Source: a virus. Taken from it: DNA of 64,000 nt. Every line of letters begins with the position of its first letter. Position 1 is the stretch's first letter. This document shows positions 1-9,338 of the stretch, piece by piece. The notes beneath the pieces were generated by a model. It made no database searches, was not told where the DNA came from, and saw only the letters and a list, made by a program, of their open reading frames with translations. The position numbers and the translations under genes were made by a program. The stretch is from the IMG/VR virus record IMGVR_UViG_3300036398_002324. The stretch is one strand, 5' to 3'.

Positions 1-660
1 ATACATTTCGTGCCTTGGGCTTCAAGAATAGGCCAAAAAGTATCTACCACTGGTGTAGTTTCGACATACTCATTGGTAAATACTGGAACCCTTGCTTATT
101 ATGAAGGTGGTGTTCTTGCACCAAATGGTGAAGTACACTTTGTTCCTTTTCTTACTCCTGTTGGACAAAAAATATCAGCATCAGGTGTTGTGTCTACATA
201 TTCATTAGCATATACTACTACTGAAGCCTACGCTGGTGGAGTCATTGCACCCAATGGAGACATACATTTTGTTCCTTATGATGCAAGAGTTGGACAAAAA
301 GTCTCTATTGATGGTGTGGTTTCGACATATTCATTAGCATACACTCGTAACAATGCATACGCTGGAGGTGTTCTTGCACCAAATGGTGAAATTCATTTTG
401 TTCCATTTTGGGCAGCTCGTGATGATTTGGGTGTGGGAATTGGTCAAAAAATATCTTTAAATGGCGTTGCATCTACATATCCAGTTACACCAATTTCTAT
501 GGGCGCAAATCAAGGACCATATTCTTTTGGTGTTTTAGATTTTGATGGTAATATTCATTTTATTCCAGTAGGACAAAACGGCGTATCACAAAAAATATAC
601 ACATTATCTAAACCCCTAGATAGTGAAATAGCACTCGGTTCATTCTTAAATAAGTTATAA
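1..660 (+). CDS. Beta-propeller repeat protein, probable tail/receptor-binding (5' truncated by window edge)
   Basis: Frame is open from base 1 (IHFVPWASRIGQK...); ~43-aa repeats STYSL..Y.GGVLAPNG.IHFVP....GQK; paralogue of the next gene. Confidence 0.7.
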   Translation: MHFVPWASRIGQKVSTTGVVSTYSLVNTGTLAYYEGGVLAPNGEVHFVPFLTPVGQKISASGVVSTYSLAYTTTEAYAGGVIAPNGDIHFVPYDARVGQKVSIDGVVSTYSLAYTRNNAYAGGVLAPNGEIHFVPFWAARDDLGVGIGQKISLNGVASTYPVTPISMGANQGPYSFGVLDFDGNIHFIPVGQNGVSQKIYTLSKPLDSEIALGSFLNKL

Positions 661-663
661 CAT

Positions 664-2085
664 ATGTCATTTATTGTCAGAGATTTGGTTCAAATGGGAA
701 CCGCTACAACAGGTAACAATGATTTATTATTGTTTCCTACCTCTACATCCAAGTATAGAACTTTAAATGCTTCTGATGCTAATAACAAAGTTCATTATTT
801 CGTTACTAGTGGATCGCGTTGGGAAGTTGGAATAGGTACCATTCAAGTAAGTTCACCAGACATTTATTCAAACGTGCAGTTTACCATAACCAGAGATGAA
901 ATTTCGGATTCTCAAGATAATGGTAGAAAAATTAATTTTCCAGCTGGCGTTAAAAATGTTACAATAACTTTTCCTGCAGAACTTGTTCCGGGAACCATAC
1001 CTACTTCAGATGATGCATCAACCACGAATAATTTAATTTCATGGCGTGGTCTAGAGAGGGAATTGAGACAGGGTGTTATAAGAGGTACGCCATTTGATAA
1101 TGGTGGCGTTGGCGGTATAGTATCAACTTATTCGTTAATTTATACAACTTCTCAAGCTTATCGTGGTGGTGTTCTTGCACCTAATGGTGATATTCACTTT
1201 GTTCCAGGTTTCGCAAATAGGGGTCAAAAAGTATCTGCATCTGGTGTTGTATCGACTTATTCGTTAGTTTATACTACTGCTGGTGTTGATGGTCAAGGTG
1301 CATACTGGGGTGGTGTTCTTGCACCAAATGGCGACATCCATTTTATTCCTCATGATGCAAATAGAGGGCAAAAAATATCCGCATCGGGTGTTGTATCAAC
1401 GTATTCTTTAGTTTATTCACTCACATCTGGTTATCTGGGTGGTGTTCTTGCACCAAATGGTGATGTTCATTTTGTGCCTTTTAATGCTGAGAGAGGTCAA
1501 AAAATATCTGCTGCTGGCGTTGTATCAACATATTCATTAGTATACACTAGAACCGTTGCTTATGCAGGTGGCGTTCTTGCACCCAATGGTGACATACATT
1601 TTGTTCCTTCATTTGCTGAGAGAGGTCAAAAAATATCCTCTGCTGGTGTTGTTTCAACTTATTCATTAGTTTATACAACGGCAAATGCTGCATTTTTTGG
1701 AGGCGTTCTTGCACAGAATGGTGATATTCATTTTGTTCCTTATCGTGCCAACAGAGGGCAAAAAATATCCTCTGCTGGTGTCGTATCAACATATTCTTTA
1801 GTTTATACTACTGGTGCGGCTTATTCTGGCGGTGTTCTTGCACCTAATGGTGATATTCATTTTATTCGTTTTAGTGCAATCGTAGGACAAAAAGTGTCTG
1901 CTGATGGCGTTGTAACAACTTATTCTCTAATTACTACTGGAACTCAGCTACATTATGGAGGCGTTCTTGCACAGAATGGTGATATTCATTTTGCTCCTTT
2001 TTCTGGAAACATAGGACAGAAGATTTCAACGGGCATAAATATATCGCCAGGTCGAGTTTTATCGCCATTTTTTAACAAATATTAA
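664..2085 (+). CDS. Tail-fibre-type N-terminal adaptor domain plus 7-repeat beta-propeller (putative receptor-binding protein)
   Basis: N-terminus resembles a common phage fibre anchor (WEVGIGT...TITRD...INFPAGVKNV); seven GGVLAPNGDIHF repeats. Confidence 0.7.
   Translation: MSFIVRDLVQMGTATTGNNDLLLFPTSTSKYRTLNASDANNKVHYFVTSGSRWEVGIGTIQVSSPDIYSNVQFTITRDEISDSQDNGRKINFPAGVKNVTITFPAELVPGTIPTSDDASTTNNLISWRGLERELRQGVIRGTPFDNGGVGGIVSTYSLIYTTSQAYRGGVLAPNGDIHFVPGFANRGQKVSASGVVSTYSLVYTTAGVDGQGAYWGGVLAPNGDIHFIPHDANRGQKISASGVVSTYSLVYSLTSGYLGGVLAPNGDVHFVPFNAERGQKISAAGVVSTYSLVYTRTVAYAGGVLAPNGDIHFVPSFAERGQKISSAGVVSTYSLVYTTANAAFFGGVLAQNGDIHFVPYRANRGQKISSAGVVSTYSLVYTTGAAYSGGVLAPNGDIHFIRFSAIVGQKVSADGVVTTYSLITTGTQLHYGGVLAQNGDIHFAPFSGNIGQKISTGINISPGRVLSPFFNKY
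1117..2030 (+). repeat. Seven ~129-nt coding tandem repeats (propeller blades)
   Basis: Recurrent ggtgttcttgcaccaaatggtgatattcattttgttcc and caaaaaatatc blocks. Confidence 0.85.
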
Positions 2086-2105
2086 TTTTTTAACGTGAGG
2101 AAATT

Positions 2106-3452
2106 ATGTATAATCGAGACAAAATCATTAACACAATGAAAGAGATTTATAGTGAATCTAAAACAATCAAACCGTATGTTGTAATTGCACAGCCGCGAAG
2201 AGACTTAAAAGAAACACCTGCACAAAATTTTGACGGTTATGAGGGTCTTCATATTGATTTGATGGGATTCTCTCACGGTTTCTGCAACATTGGCGGTGAA
2301 AAAGTTGACGTTGCACGAAACTATCTTATTGAACAAGCATTAGAGAGCGGTGCTAAGTATCTTTTGTTTGTTGGCGAAGATACTGTACTTCCTTATGATG
2401 GCTTTAAAAAGCTTATGAAAACTGCTGAAGAGAATCCTGGAGCAGTTGTTACAGGAGTTTATTATATTAAATGCTCCGATGCTATGATTATGGTTCGTGA
2501 AGAAGATTGGATTACTATTCCTAATGTTGATCCCGGTCAAGTCATTGAAGCGTGGCAAACTGGTATGGATGTTATGTTAGTTCCGATTGATTTGCTCAAG
2601 CAAATGAAAGAAGAAGAACCAGAACTTCCTTTCTGTTGTATTGGTAATAACATCAACGACGAAATTCCATTTATCGGTGAAGATAACTTCTTTGTGCATC
2701 GTCTACACAAGAGAGGAACAAAGCTTCTTGTAAATACAGATGTTCAATGTCTACATATGGACTTAGCAACAGGCATGTATACAGCACATCCTTCCGTTGA
2801 TTTAACAAAATATTATACAAATATTAAACCAACTCGTCCACTAACATTGGATGATAAAGAGTTTATTGACCGTCGTTGGATTGATAGATTGCCGGATGGC
2901 ACAAGTTACAAATCTTTCATTCAAAGTAAATTGGATAAAAAAGAACCAATCCGTTTCAATATGGGTTCTGGCGGTGACAAGATTCCAGGATATCTGAGTG
3001 TTGATAAAAACAATAAAGATGCCGACATTAAAGTAGATGTTTTAAAAATGGATTTACCAGAAAATGTTACAGACGAAATTCTTGCAAGTCATTTAATTGA
3101 ACATTTGCCACAACATCGTGCGCCAGAGATTCTGCAAAAATGGCACAAAACATTAAAACCTTCCGGTAAACTTGTTTTAGAAACTCCGAATTTTGATGAA
3201 ATGTGTAGAGATTATGTTCAATCAAAAGATGAGGTTGAAAAAAGAACTTTGATGACATGTATTTTTGGTGCTGCGGCAGAAGAAGAATCTGCTGAGACAC
3301 GGGAAAAAGGTGCGTTATATCCACATCTTTGGGGTTACACACCACAATCACTTACTGATTTGTGTAAAGTAATTGGATTTAAAGACATTAAAATATTGCA
3401 ACCAATAGGAAAGCATCCAGGTAAAAATTTCAGATTGGAAGCTGTTAAATAA
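2106..3452 (+). CDS. GT-A-fold glycosyltransferase-like domain fused to class I SAM methyltransferase
   Basis: N-half VDVARN...YLLFVGEDT...GEDNFF; C-half FNMGSG...SVD...ASHLIEHLP...LKPSGKLVLETP. Confidence 0.7.
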   Translation: MYNRDKIINTMKEIYSESKTIKPYVVIAQPRRDLKETPAQNFDGYEGLHIDLMGFSHGFCNIGGEKVDVARNYLIEQALESGAKYLLFVGEDTVLPYDGFKKLMKTAEENPGAVVTGVYYIKCSDAMIMVREEDWITIPNVDPGQVIEAWQTGMDVMLVPIDLLKQMKEEEPELPFCCIGNNINDEIPFIGEDNFFVHRLHKRGTKLLVNTDVQCLHMDLATGMYTAHPSVDLTKYYTNIKPTRPLTLDDKEFIDRRWIDRLPDGTSYKSFIQSKLDKKEPIRFNMGSGGDKIPGYLSVDKNNKDADIKVDVLKMDLPENVTDEILASHLIEHLPQHRAPEILQKWHKTLKPSGKLVLETPNFDEMCRDYVQSKDEVEKRTLMTCIFGAAAEEESAETREKGALYPHLWGYTPQSLTDLCKVIGFKDIKILQPIGKHPGKNFRLEAVK

Positions 3453-3718
3453 TGATTCTAAAGAAAGAACATGCCAACAAACTAGTTAATGTTGTGAATT
3501 GTGTTCACATAATCATAGAACATGGGGAATTCTCTGAAGGTGATGCCCTAATACTGTTTAACAATAGTGAAGAGTTTCTAACAATACATAGTAACATTTT
3601 CAATACATATCGTTCTGGTGTTGCAAAGAAATGTACCCTGATTGAATTCCCCCCAAGATGTCTAATGAATGCTGTTTTTGTAGATGACGAAACCGTAGTT
3701 TTTGCTAAAGGAATATAA
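3452..3718 (+). CDS. Hypothetical protein
   Basis: 88-aa ORF coupled to the upstream stop (TAATG). Confidence 0.55.
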   Translation: MILKKEHANKLVNVVNCVHIIIEHGEFSEGDALILFNNSEEFLTIHSNIFNTYRSGVAKKCTLIEFPPRCLMNAVFVDDETVVFAKGI

Positions 3719-3826
3719 ATGAGTGGAATACTAATGACGCTTTTTACACGAACAGTAGTCACTGTTAATCCAATTTTAGCGTCTATATCAGCCGCGCCTT
3801 CTGGACAATTACCTTTAGGAAGTTAA
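3719..3826 (+). CDS. Small 35-aa hydrophobic ORF (MSGILMTLFTRTVVTVNPILASISAAPSGQLPLGS)
   Basis: ATG immediately follows the upstream TAA and the ORF fills the gap; below the ORF-track cutoff. Confidence 0.4.
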   Translation: MSGILMTLFTRTVVTVNPILASISAAPSGQLPLGS

Positions 3827-3831
3827 CCAGT

Positions 3832-3876
3832 TTAATTCCCCTTTTGACTAAATAGTACATTAAAAAGGGGAATTAA
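3832..3876 (+). promoter_or_regulatory. 14-bp inverted repeat sequestering the RBS, with late-promoter-like ACTAAATA in the loop
   Basis: TTAATTCCCCTTTT (3832-3845) / AAAAGGGGAATTAA (3863-3876); ACTAAATA 3847-3854; TTG start at 3878. Confidence 0.7.
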
Positions 3877-3877
3877 C

Positions 3878-4213
3878 TTGGCTGCTTATCTAGAACTAAC
3901 GATTGAACAGGGTGCAAATCTAACATCCATAGTCACAGTCAATGACGCACAAGGAGATGCGGTTAATCTTTCAACTTATACCGCATCATCCCAATTACGC
4001 AAATCTTATTATTCTTCATCCGCTAATACTCTTAGTGCGATTGTTACGGGCAATTCCAATGGACAAATAACATTGTCAATGACTGCCGCAAACACTGCTG
4101 TATTGACACCAGGAAGATATGTATATGACTTGGTAATCACAAATTCAGTAGATAATTCTAAGACTAGAGTGATTGAGGGAATTGCGATTGTATTGCCTTC
4201 GGTAACGAGGTAA
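3878..4213 (+). CDS. Small structural beta-sandwich protein (BppU-N-like, tail-associated)
   Basis: ELTIEQGA...ASSQLRKSY...GRYVYDL...TRVIEG pattern typical of T4-like tail accessory proteins; TTG start. Confidence 0.6.
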   Translation: MAAYLELTIEQGANLTSIVTVNDAQGDAVNLSTYTASSQLRKSYYSSSANTLSAIVTGNSNGQITLSMTAANTAVLTPGRYVYDLVITNSVDNSKTRVIEGIAIVLPSVTR

Positions 4214-4216
4214 ATT

Positions 4217-4471
4217 ATGTCATTAGATTTAGGTTCGGTTTCTCTTAGAAATAATACTCTCGGTACGATTACGGTTCAACAACCAAATCGTACTACGCTC
4301 ACTTCTCCAGACTTTAAACCAAAACCGAATATCTCATTATCAGAAATAAATGATGTGTCAACCGTTGGCGTTGAAGATGGAAGATTCTTAGCTTTCAACT
4401 CAGCAAATAATCGTTACGAATTTGAAATTCCTATTGCTGTTATTGAGAAGGTTGACGGAGGCCAATTCTAA
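4217..4471 (+). CDS. Hypothetical tail-associated protein
   Basis: LSEINDV...DG..L.FN repeat motif and C-terminal DGGxF, typical of fibre accessory proteins. Confidence 0.55.
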   Translation: MSLDLGSVSLRNNTLGTITVQQPNRTTLTSPDFKPKPNISLSEINDVSTVGVEDGRFLAFNSANNRYEFEIPIAVIEKVDGGQF

Positions 4472-4474
4472 AAT

Positions 4475-7400
4475 ATGGCAAATACACCCATTCAAATAAA
4501 AAGATCATTAGTAACAAATACACCAGCATCTTTAAATGTTGGTGAACCCGCATATTCTTATTCAAGTAACACCCTATTCATAGGAAGCCCAAACGGAACA
4601 GGAACGATTCCAATTGGTGGATATGATACATATCTTCGTTCAATTAATTCATTAGACCGTGCTAACTCCGCATTCGAGGCTGCAAACAGCACACTCACTG
4701 GGATTACTGCATCATTTATAAAAGCCAATGCTGCATACGATCATGCCAATGCATCTTATCAATCACAAAATGCAACTGGTCAATATGCAAATTCTGCATT
4801 TACAGTGGCAAACGGTGCATTCATACATGCCAATTCAAGTTTTATAAAAACCAATGCATCATTTAATCATGCGAACTCTTCATATGAGTCTCAAAATGCC
4901 ACAGGACAATATGCCAATGCTGCGTTAATTCATGCGAATTCTTCATTTAATTTTGCAAACACCGTAAATGTATTTTCGTATTCAGCATATCATCATGCTA
5001 ATTCTGGATTTATTCAAGCAAATTCAGCATTTATTCATGTAAACTCTTCGTTTAATTTTGCAAATGGTGTTTCAATTGCAGCTAATACGCCATCGAACGT
5101 GGCAAACTCTGCTGCAATTTATGCTAACGGTGCATTTGTTGCTGCAAATATTGCCGATAGTAAGGCAATTAGTGCAGGTGCATATGCAAACTCTGCTTTT
5201 GCACAATCAAATGTAGCACTAATACAAGCAAACTCTGCATTTGTCCATGCGAACTCTTCATATGAGTCTCAAAATGCCACAGGAGAATATGCTAATGCTG
5301 CATTTACAGTAGCAAACGGTGCATTCATTCACGCAAATTCTGGTTTTATTCATGCGAATGCAGCATATCAATCTCAGAATGCGACGGGTCAATATTCTAA
5401 TGCTGCATTTGTTCATGCAAATAGTGCATATCAATCTCAGAATGCAACAGGTCAATATGCCAACAGTGCATTTATACATGCAAATTCTGCATTTATAAAA
5501 ACAAATTCTGCTTTTGACCATGCTAATTCAGCTTTTGCACAATCCAATGTTGCATTAACACAAGCCAATGCATCATTTGATTATGCGAACTCAACATTTA
5601 TTTTTGCAAATGGTGTTTCAATTGCAGCAAACACACCATCACATGTAGCCAATTCTGCTAGTGTATATGCCAACTCTGCATTCAATTCTGCAAACATATC
5701 AGATAGTAAAGCAGTATCAGCCGGTTCTTATGCGAATTCTGCATTCATACATGCTAATTCTGCATTTATTTTTGCAAATGGTGTTTCAATTGCAGCCAAC
5801 ACACCATCACATGTAGCGAACTCTGCTAGTGTATATGCCAATAGTGCTTTTGTTGCTGCTAATATTGCCAAACAAGATTCACTGTCTGCTGGTTCATATG
5901 CAAACTCAGCATTTATACGTGCTAATTCTGCATTTAATTTTGCCAATGGTGCTGCAATTGCAGCCAACACACCATCACATGTAGCAAACTCTGCTGCCAT
6001 ATATGCTAATGGAGCATTTGTAAGAGCAAATACACCCTCGCATGTAGCAAACTCTGCTGCCATATATGCTAATGGAGCATTTATTGCAGCAAACATATCA
6101 AATAGTAAAGCAGTATCAGCCGGTTCTTATGCAAATTCTGCATTCATACATGCTAATTCTGCATTTGAGCATTCCAATTCTGGATTTATTCAAGCGAACT
6201 CTGCATTCATACATGCCAATTCTGCTTATCAATCACAGAATGCAACTGGTCAATATGCTAATGCTGCATTTGTAAGAGCAAACAATTCACTGAATGCGAA
6301 TCTTGGTGGTATAATTACAGCTAATGTTACAATCAATGCTAATCTAACAACGCAAAATGTTTTTGTTGGTTCTTACATTGACCTAAACACAGCACCAAGT
6401 ATTCCTGCAATAAATGAAGGTCGTTTATTTTATGATAATTATGAAAAATCGGTTGCGTTCTATGGTGATTCTGGTGAAACGATTCAAATAGGACAAAGTT
6501 TTATTCGTGTTTGGAACAATACAGGTTCTACAGTCAACAAAGGTAAAGTTGTAAGAATTGGTAACGATGTATCAACAAATGGTTTTCCTTCCATTATACT
6601 TTCATCTGCTGATACAGCACAAAATGCAGAAGCAATTGGCTTCACAATCGCACCAATTGCAAACAATTCATATGGATATGTTTTAGCCACTGGTGAAATT
6701 CATGACATTAACACTTCGTTGTTTAATTCTGGTCAAGAATTATTTCTATCAACAACTCCTGGGGATTATCAAACTACACCACCTGCACCACCAAATGTTC
6801 CTATTGCTGTAGGTTATATTCTAACTTCTGATGTATCTAGTGGTTCTATTCTTGTCAATATTCATTTGATGGAAGGCAAGAACAAATCAAATGGCGCTAT
6901 TCTGTTTGGTCGAAATGGTGCAATTGATCAGGACCCAACTAAACTATATTGGGATTATGTTAATGATCGTTTAGGTATTGATACAGACAGCCCACAAGCA
7001 AATCTACATGTTGCTGGTGATGGTTTGTTTACAGGTAATCTTACTATTACAGGAAATCTTGTAATTAGCAATGCTCAAACAATTACTACAGACCAACTAT
7101 TTGTTGGTGGTAACAATGTAATTTTGAGTGCAAATGTTACTGGTGAACCTTCACTCAATGCTGCAATCATTGTCAATCGTGGCACATCACCTAATGCATA
7201 TATTCTTTGGGATGAAACTGTTAATGAATGGTTAGCATACGAAGGCACTGGTGCAGCTGGCCATATTCTTCTTGCAAATAAAACTGCCAACTCATGGGCA
7301 GTATATAACACTTTCGAAGCATATGAAAAAGAGTTTTATCCTATTGGTGCAAATCTTGCCAACAGTACAAACGAACAAGCTAAAGCAGGATTTGCAACTG

Positions 7401-9337
7401 CCAATATTGCAGAAAATTTAGCAATCGCAAGTTTCAAACACGCAAACTCTGGATTCATTCAGTCTAACTCTGCGTTTATTCACGCAAATTCTGCTTATCA
7501 ATCTCAGAATGCAACAGGTGAATATGCCAACAGTGCATTTACAGTAGCCAATGGTGCATTCATACATGCAAATGCTGCGTTCACATTAGCTAATGGCGCA
7601 TTCATACATGCAAATTCCGCATTTAATAAAGCAAACGGTGTAGTACAAACAGGGTTTACAACAATATCCGCAAATAGTGTCAGTATAACACCAGCAAGTA
7701 ATACAGACACATTAACTATTACTGCTGGTAATAATATTATCATCAATACAAACTCTGGCACAAAAACAATCACAATTGCATCTGTAACATATAGTAATAC
7801 TGACGTAAAAATTTATTTGGAATCATTATCTAATATTGCTATTGGTTCCACAGCCAATAACCAAGGACAATACGCTACAGCAGTTGGCGCTGGCGCAGGT
7901 AGTGACAATCAAGGTACTTATGCCATTGCTATTGGCCAAGAAGCAGGGTTCAGTAACCAGGGAGCTTATGGTACTGCGTTAGGAGTCGGCGCAGCATATC
8001 AAGACCAAGGTAGCCAGGCAATTGCAGTTGGTTATAATGCAGGTCAACTTCTCCAAGGACAGTTTGCTACCGCAATTGGTTATAATGCGGGTCAACAAGT
8101 TCAAGGTGTAGGCACGGTGGCGATTGGATCCAGTGCGGGATCTGTAGGTCAAAGAGAGAGTGCCATTGCTATTGGATCCGCAGCCGGTGAAACCACTCAA
8201 GGTAATACCGCAGTATCCATTGGCTACTATGCAGGCGCAGGTACACAGGGTGAAAACTCAGTAGCAATTGGTGGATTTGCAGGCGAAATGAATCAAGGTT
8301 ACCAGGCAATTGCTATTGGCGCAGTGGCAGGCCAAACAAATCAAGGTAATAGTGCTATTGCTATCGGCGTGGGTGCCGGATATCTAAATCAAAATGATAA
8401 CAGTATTATTATTTCCGCTAATGGACAATTAGATTCTACTACAACTGGGTTCTTTGTTGATCCATTGAGAAACGTGAGTTCTGATGATGTATTATACTAC
8501 AACTCAACAACTAAAGAAATAACATTTGGTGTAGATTTATCTGGAATACATGCTAATGCAGCATTTGATTATGCGAACTCAACATTTATTTTTGCAAATG
8601 CAGGGTTTATTGTAGCAAACTCTGGTTTCATTCAAGCCAATGCTGCATTTGATCACGCTAATTCAGGATTCATTCAAGCCAATGCTGCATTTGATCACGC
8701 TAATTCAGGATTCATTCAAGCCAATACTTCTTTTGCACTTACTAATGCTGCATTCAATCATGCAAACTCAGGATTTACTCAAGCCAATGCTGCATTCGTT
8801 CATGCTAATTCAGGATTCATTCAAGCAAATGCAGCTTTTTCTGTGGCAAATAGTGCTGTTGTTTTTCCTAGTGGAACTGCTATGTTATTTGTTCAAACGA
8901 CAGCACCAACTGGTTGGACAAAATCAACAACACATGATAATAAAGCATTACGAGTAGTTACTGGAACTGCTAGTAGTGGAGGTACAACAAACTTTACTTC
9001 AGTGTTTACAAGTAGAACACCGGCTGGTACTGTTTCTGGTACTAACTCGGGTGGTGCTGTTTCCGATTCGGGTCTAACAGAAGCACAATTAGCATCTCAC
9101 GCACACACCGAACAATTAATGTCATCCGTTGCAACGATGACTACAACCGGTACACGTATTGGTGGTTCCGCTACTGGTACTACAAACAGAACTGCGACAT
9201 CACCCACACTTGGAACAGGTTCGGGTTCGGTACACGGTCACGGTTTTACAAATCCATCATGGTCAGGTTCATTTACTGGAACAGCAATGGATTTTGCTGT
9301 TCAGTATGTTGATGTAATTATAGCAACGAAGGATTAA
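4475..9337 (+). CDS. Long tail fibre/adhesin: Asn-Ala-rich heptad coiled coils, YadA-like head repeats, C-terminal collar/tip
   Basis: N-term IQIKRS...P..L..GEPAY; extensive AFxHANS heptads; 16-aa AIAIGxxAGxxNQG repeats; C-term FPSGTAMLFVQTTAPTGWTK...H.H...YVDVIIATKD. Confidence 0.85.
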   Translation: MANTPIQIKRSLVTNTPASLNVGEPAYSYSSNTLFIGSPNGTGTIPIGGYDTYLRSINSLDRANSAFEAANSTLTGITASFIKANAAYDHANASYQSQNATGQYANSAFTVANGAFIHANSSFIKTNASFNHANSSYESQNATGQYANAALIHANSSFNFANTVNVFSYSAYHHANSGFIQANSAFIHVNSSFNFANGVSIAANTPSNVANSAAIYANGAFVAANIADSKAISAGAYANSAFAQSNVALIQANSAFVHANSSYESQNATGEYANAAFTVANGAFIHANSGFIHANAAYQSQNATGQYSNAAFVHANSAYQSQNATGQYANSAFIHANSAFIKTNSAFDHANSAFAQSNVALTQANASFDYANSTFIFANGVSIAANTPSHVANSASVYANSAFNSANISDSKAVSAGSYANSAFIHANSAFIFANGVSIAANTPSHVANSASVYANSAFVAANIAKQDSLSAGSYANSAFIRANSAFNFANGAAIAANTPSHVANSAAIYANGAFVRANTPSHVANSAAIYANGAFIAANISNSKAVSAGSYANSAFIHANSAFEHSNSGFIQANSAFIHANSAYQSQNATGQYANAAFVRANNSLNANLGGIITANVTINANLTTQNVFVGSYIDLNTAPSIPAINEGRLFYDNYEKSVAFYGDSGETIQIGQSFIRVWNNTGSTVNKGKVVRIGNDVSTNGFPSIILSSADTAQNAEAIGFTIAPIANNSYGYVLATGEIHDINTSLFNSGQELFLSTTPGDYQTTPPAPPNVPIAVGYILTSDVSSGSILVNIHLMEGKNKSNGAILFGRNGAIDQDPTKLYWDYVNDRLGIDTDSPQANLHVAGDGLFTGNLTITGNLVISNAQTITTDQLFVGGNNVILSANVTGEPSLNAAIIVNRGTSPNAYILWDETVNEWLAYEGTGAAGHILLANKTANSWAVYNTFEAYEKEFYPIGANLANSTNEQAKAGFATANIAENLAIASFKHANSGFIQSNSAFIHANSAYQSQNATGEYANSAFTVANGAFIHANAAFTLANGAFIHANSAFNKANGVVQTGFTTISANSVSITPASNTDTLTITAGNNIIINTNSGTKTITIASVTYSNTDVKIYLESLSNIAIGSTANNQGQYATAVGAGAGSDNQGTYAIAIGQEAGFSNQGAYGTALGVGAAYQDQGSQAIAVGYNAGQLLQGQFATAIGYNAGQQVQGVGTVAIGSSAGSVGQRESAIAIGSAAGETTQGNTAVSIGYYAGAGTQGENSVAIGGFAGEMNQGYQAIAIGAVAGQTNQGNSAIAIGVGAGYLNQNDNSIIISANGQLDSTTTGFFVDPLRNVSSDDVLYYNSTTKEITFGVDLSGIHANAAFDYANSTFIFANAGFIVANSGFIQANAAFDHANSGFIQANAAFDHANSGFIQANTSFALTNAAFNHANSGFTQANAAFVHANSGFIQANAAFSVANSAVVFPSGTAMLFVQTTAPTGWTKSTTHDNKALRVVTGTASSGGTTNFTSVFTSRTPAGTVSGTNSGGAVSDSGLTEAQLASHAHTEQLMSSVATMTTTGTRIGGSATGTTNRTATSPTLGTGSGSVHGHGFTNPSWSGSFTGTAMDFAVQYVDVIIATKD
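4720..6290 (+). repeat. Degenerate 21-nt-multiple coding repeats (ANSA heptads)
   Basis: Many near-identical blocks, e.g. acacaccatcacatgtagc and aatgcaacaggtcaatatgc. Confidence 0.85.
8628..8725 (+). repeat. Exact 42-bp tandem duplication in the fibre gene
   Basis: ttcaagccaatgctgcatttgatcacgctaattcaggattca occurs twice in tandem (FIQANAAFDHANSG x2). Confidence 0.85.
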
Positions 9338-9338
9338 C

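Noticed and set aside
1-2085. Possible CRISPR array or DGR template/variable repeats
   Set aside because: Repeats are in-frame, degenerate at synonymous sites and protein-coding; no adenine-specific TR/VR pair, RT or cas gene seen
5258-8957. Repetitive alternative-frame ORFs inside the fibre gene
   Set aside because: By-products of heptad codon repeats that lack stops in other frames
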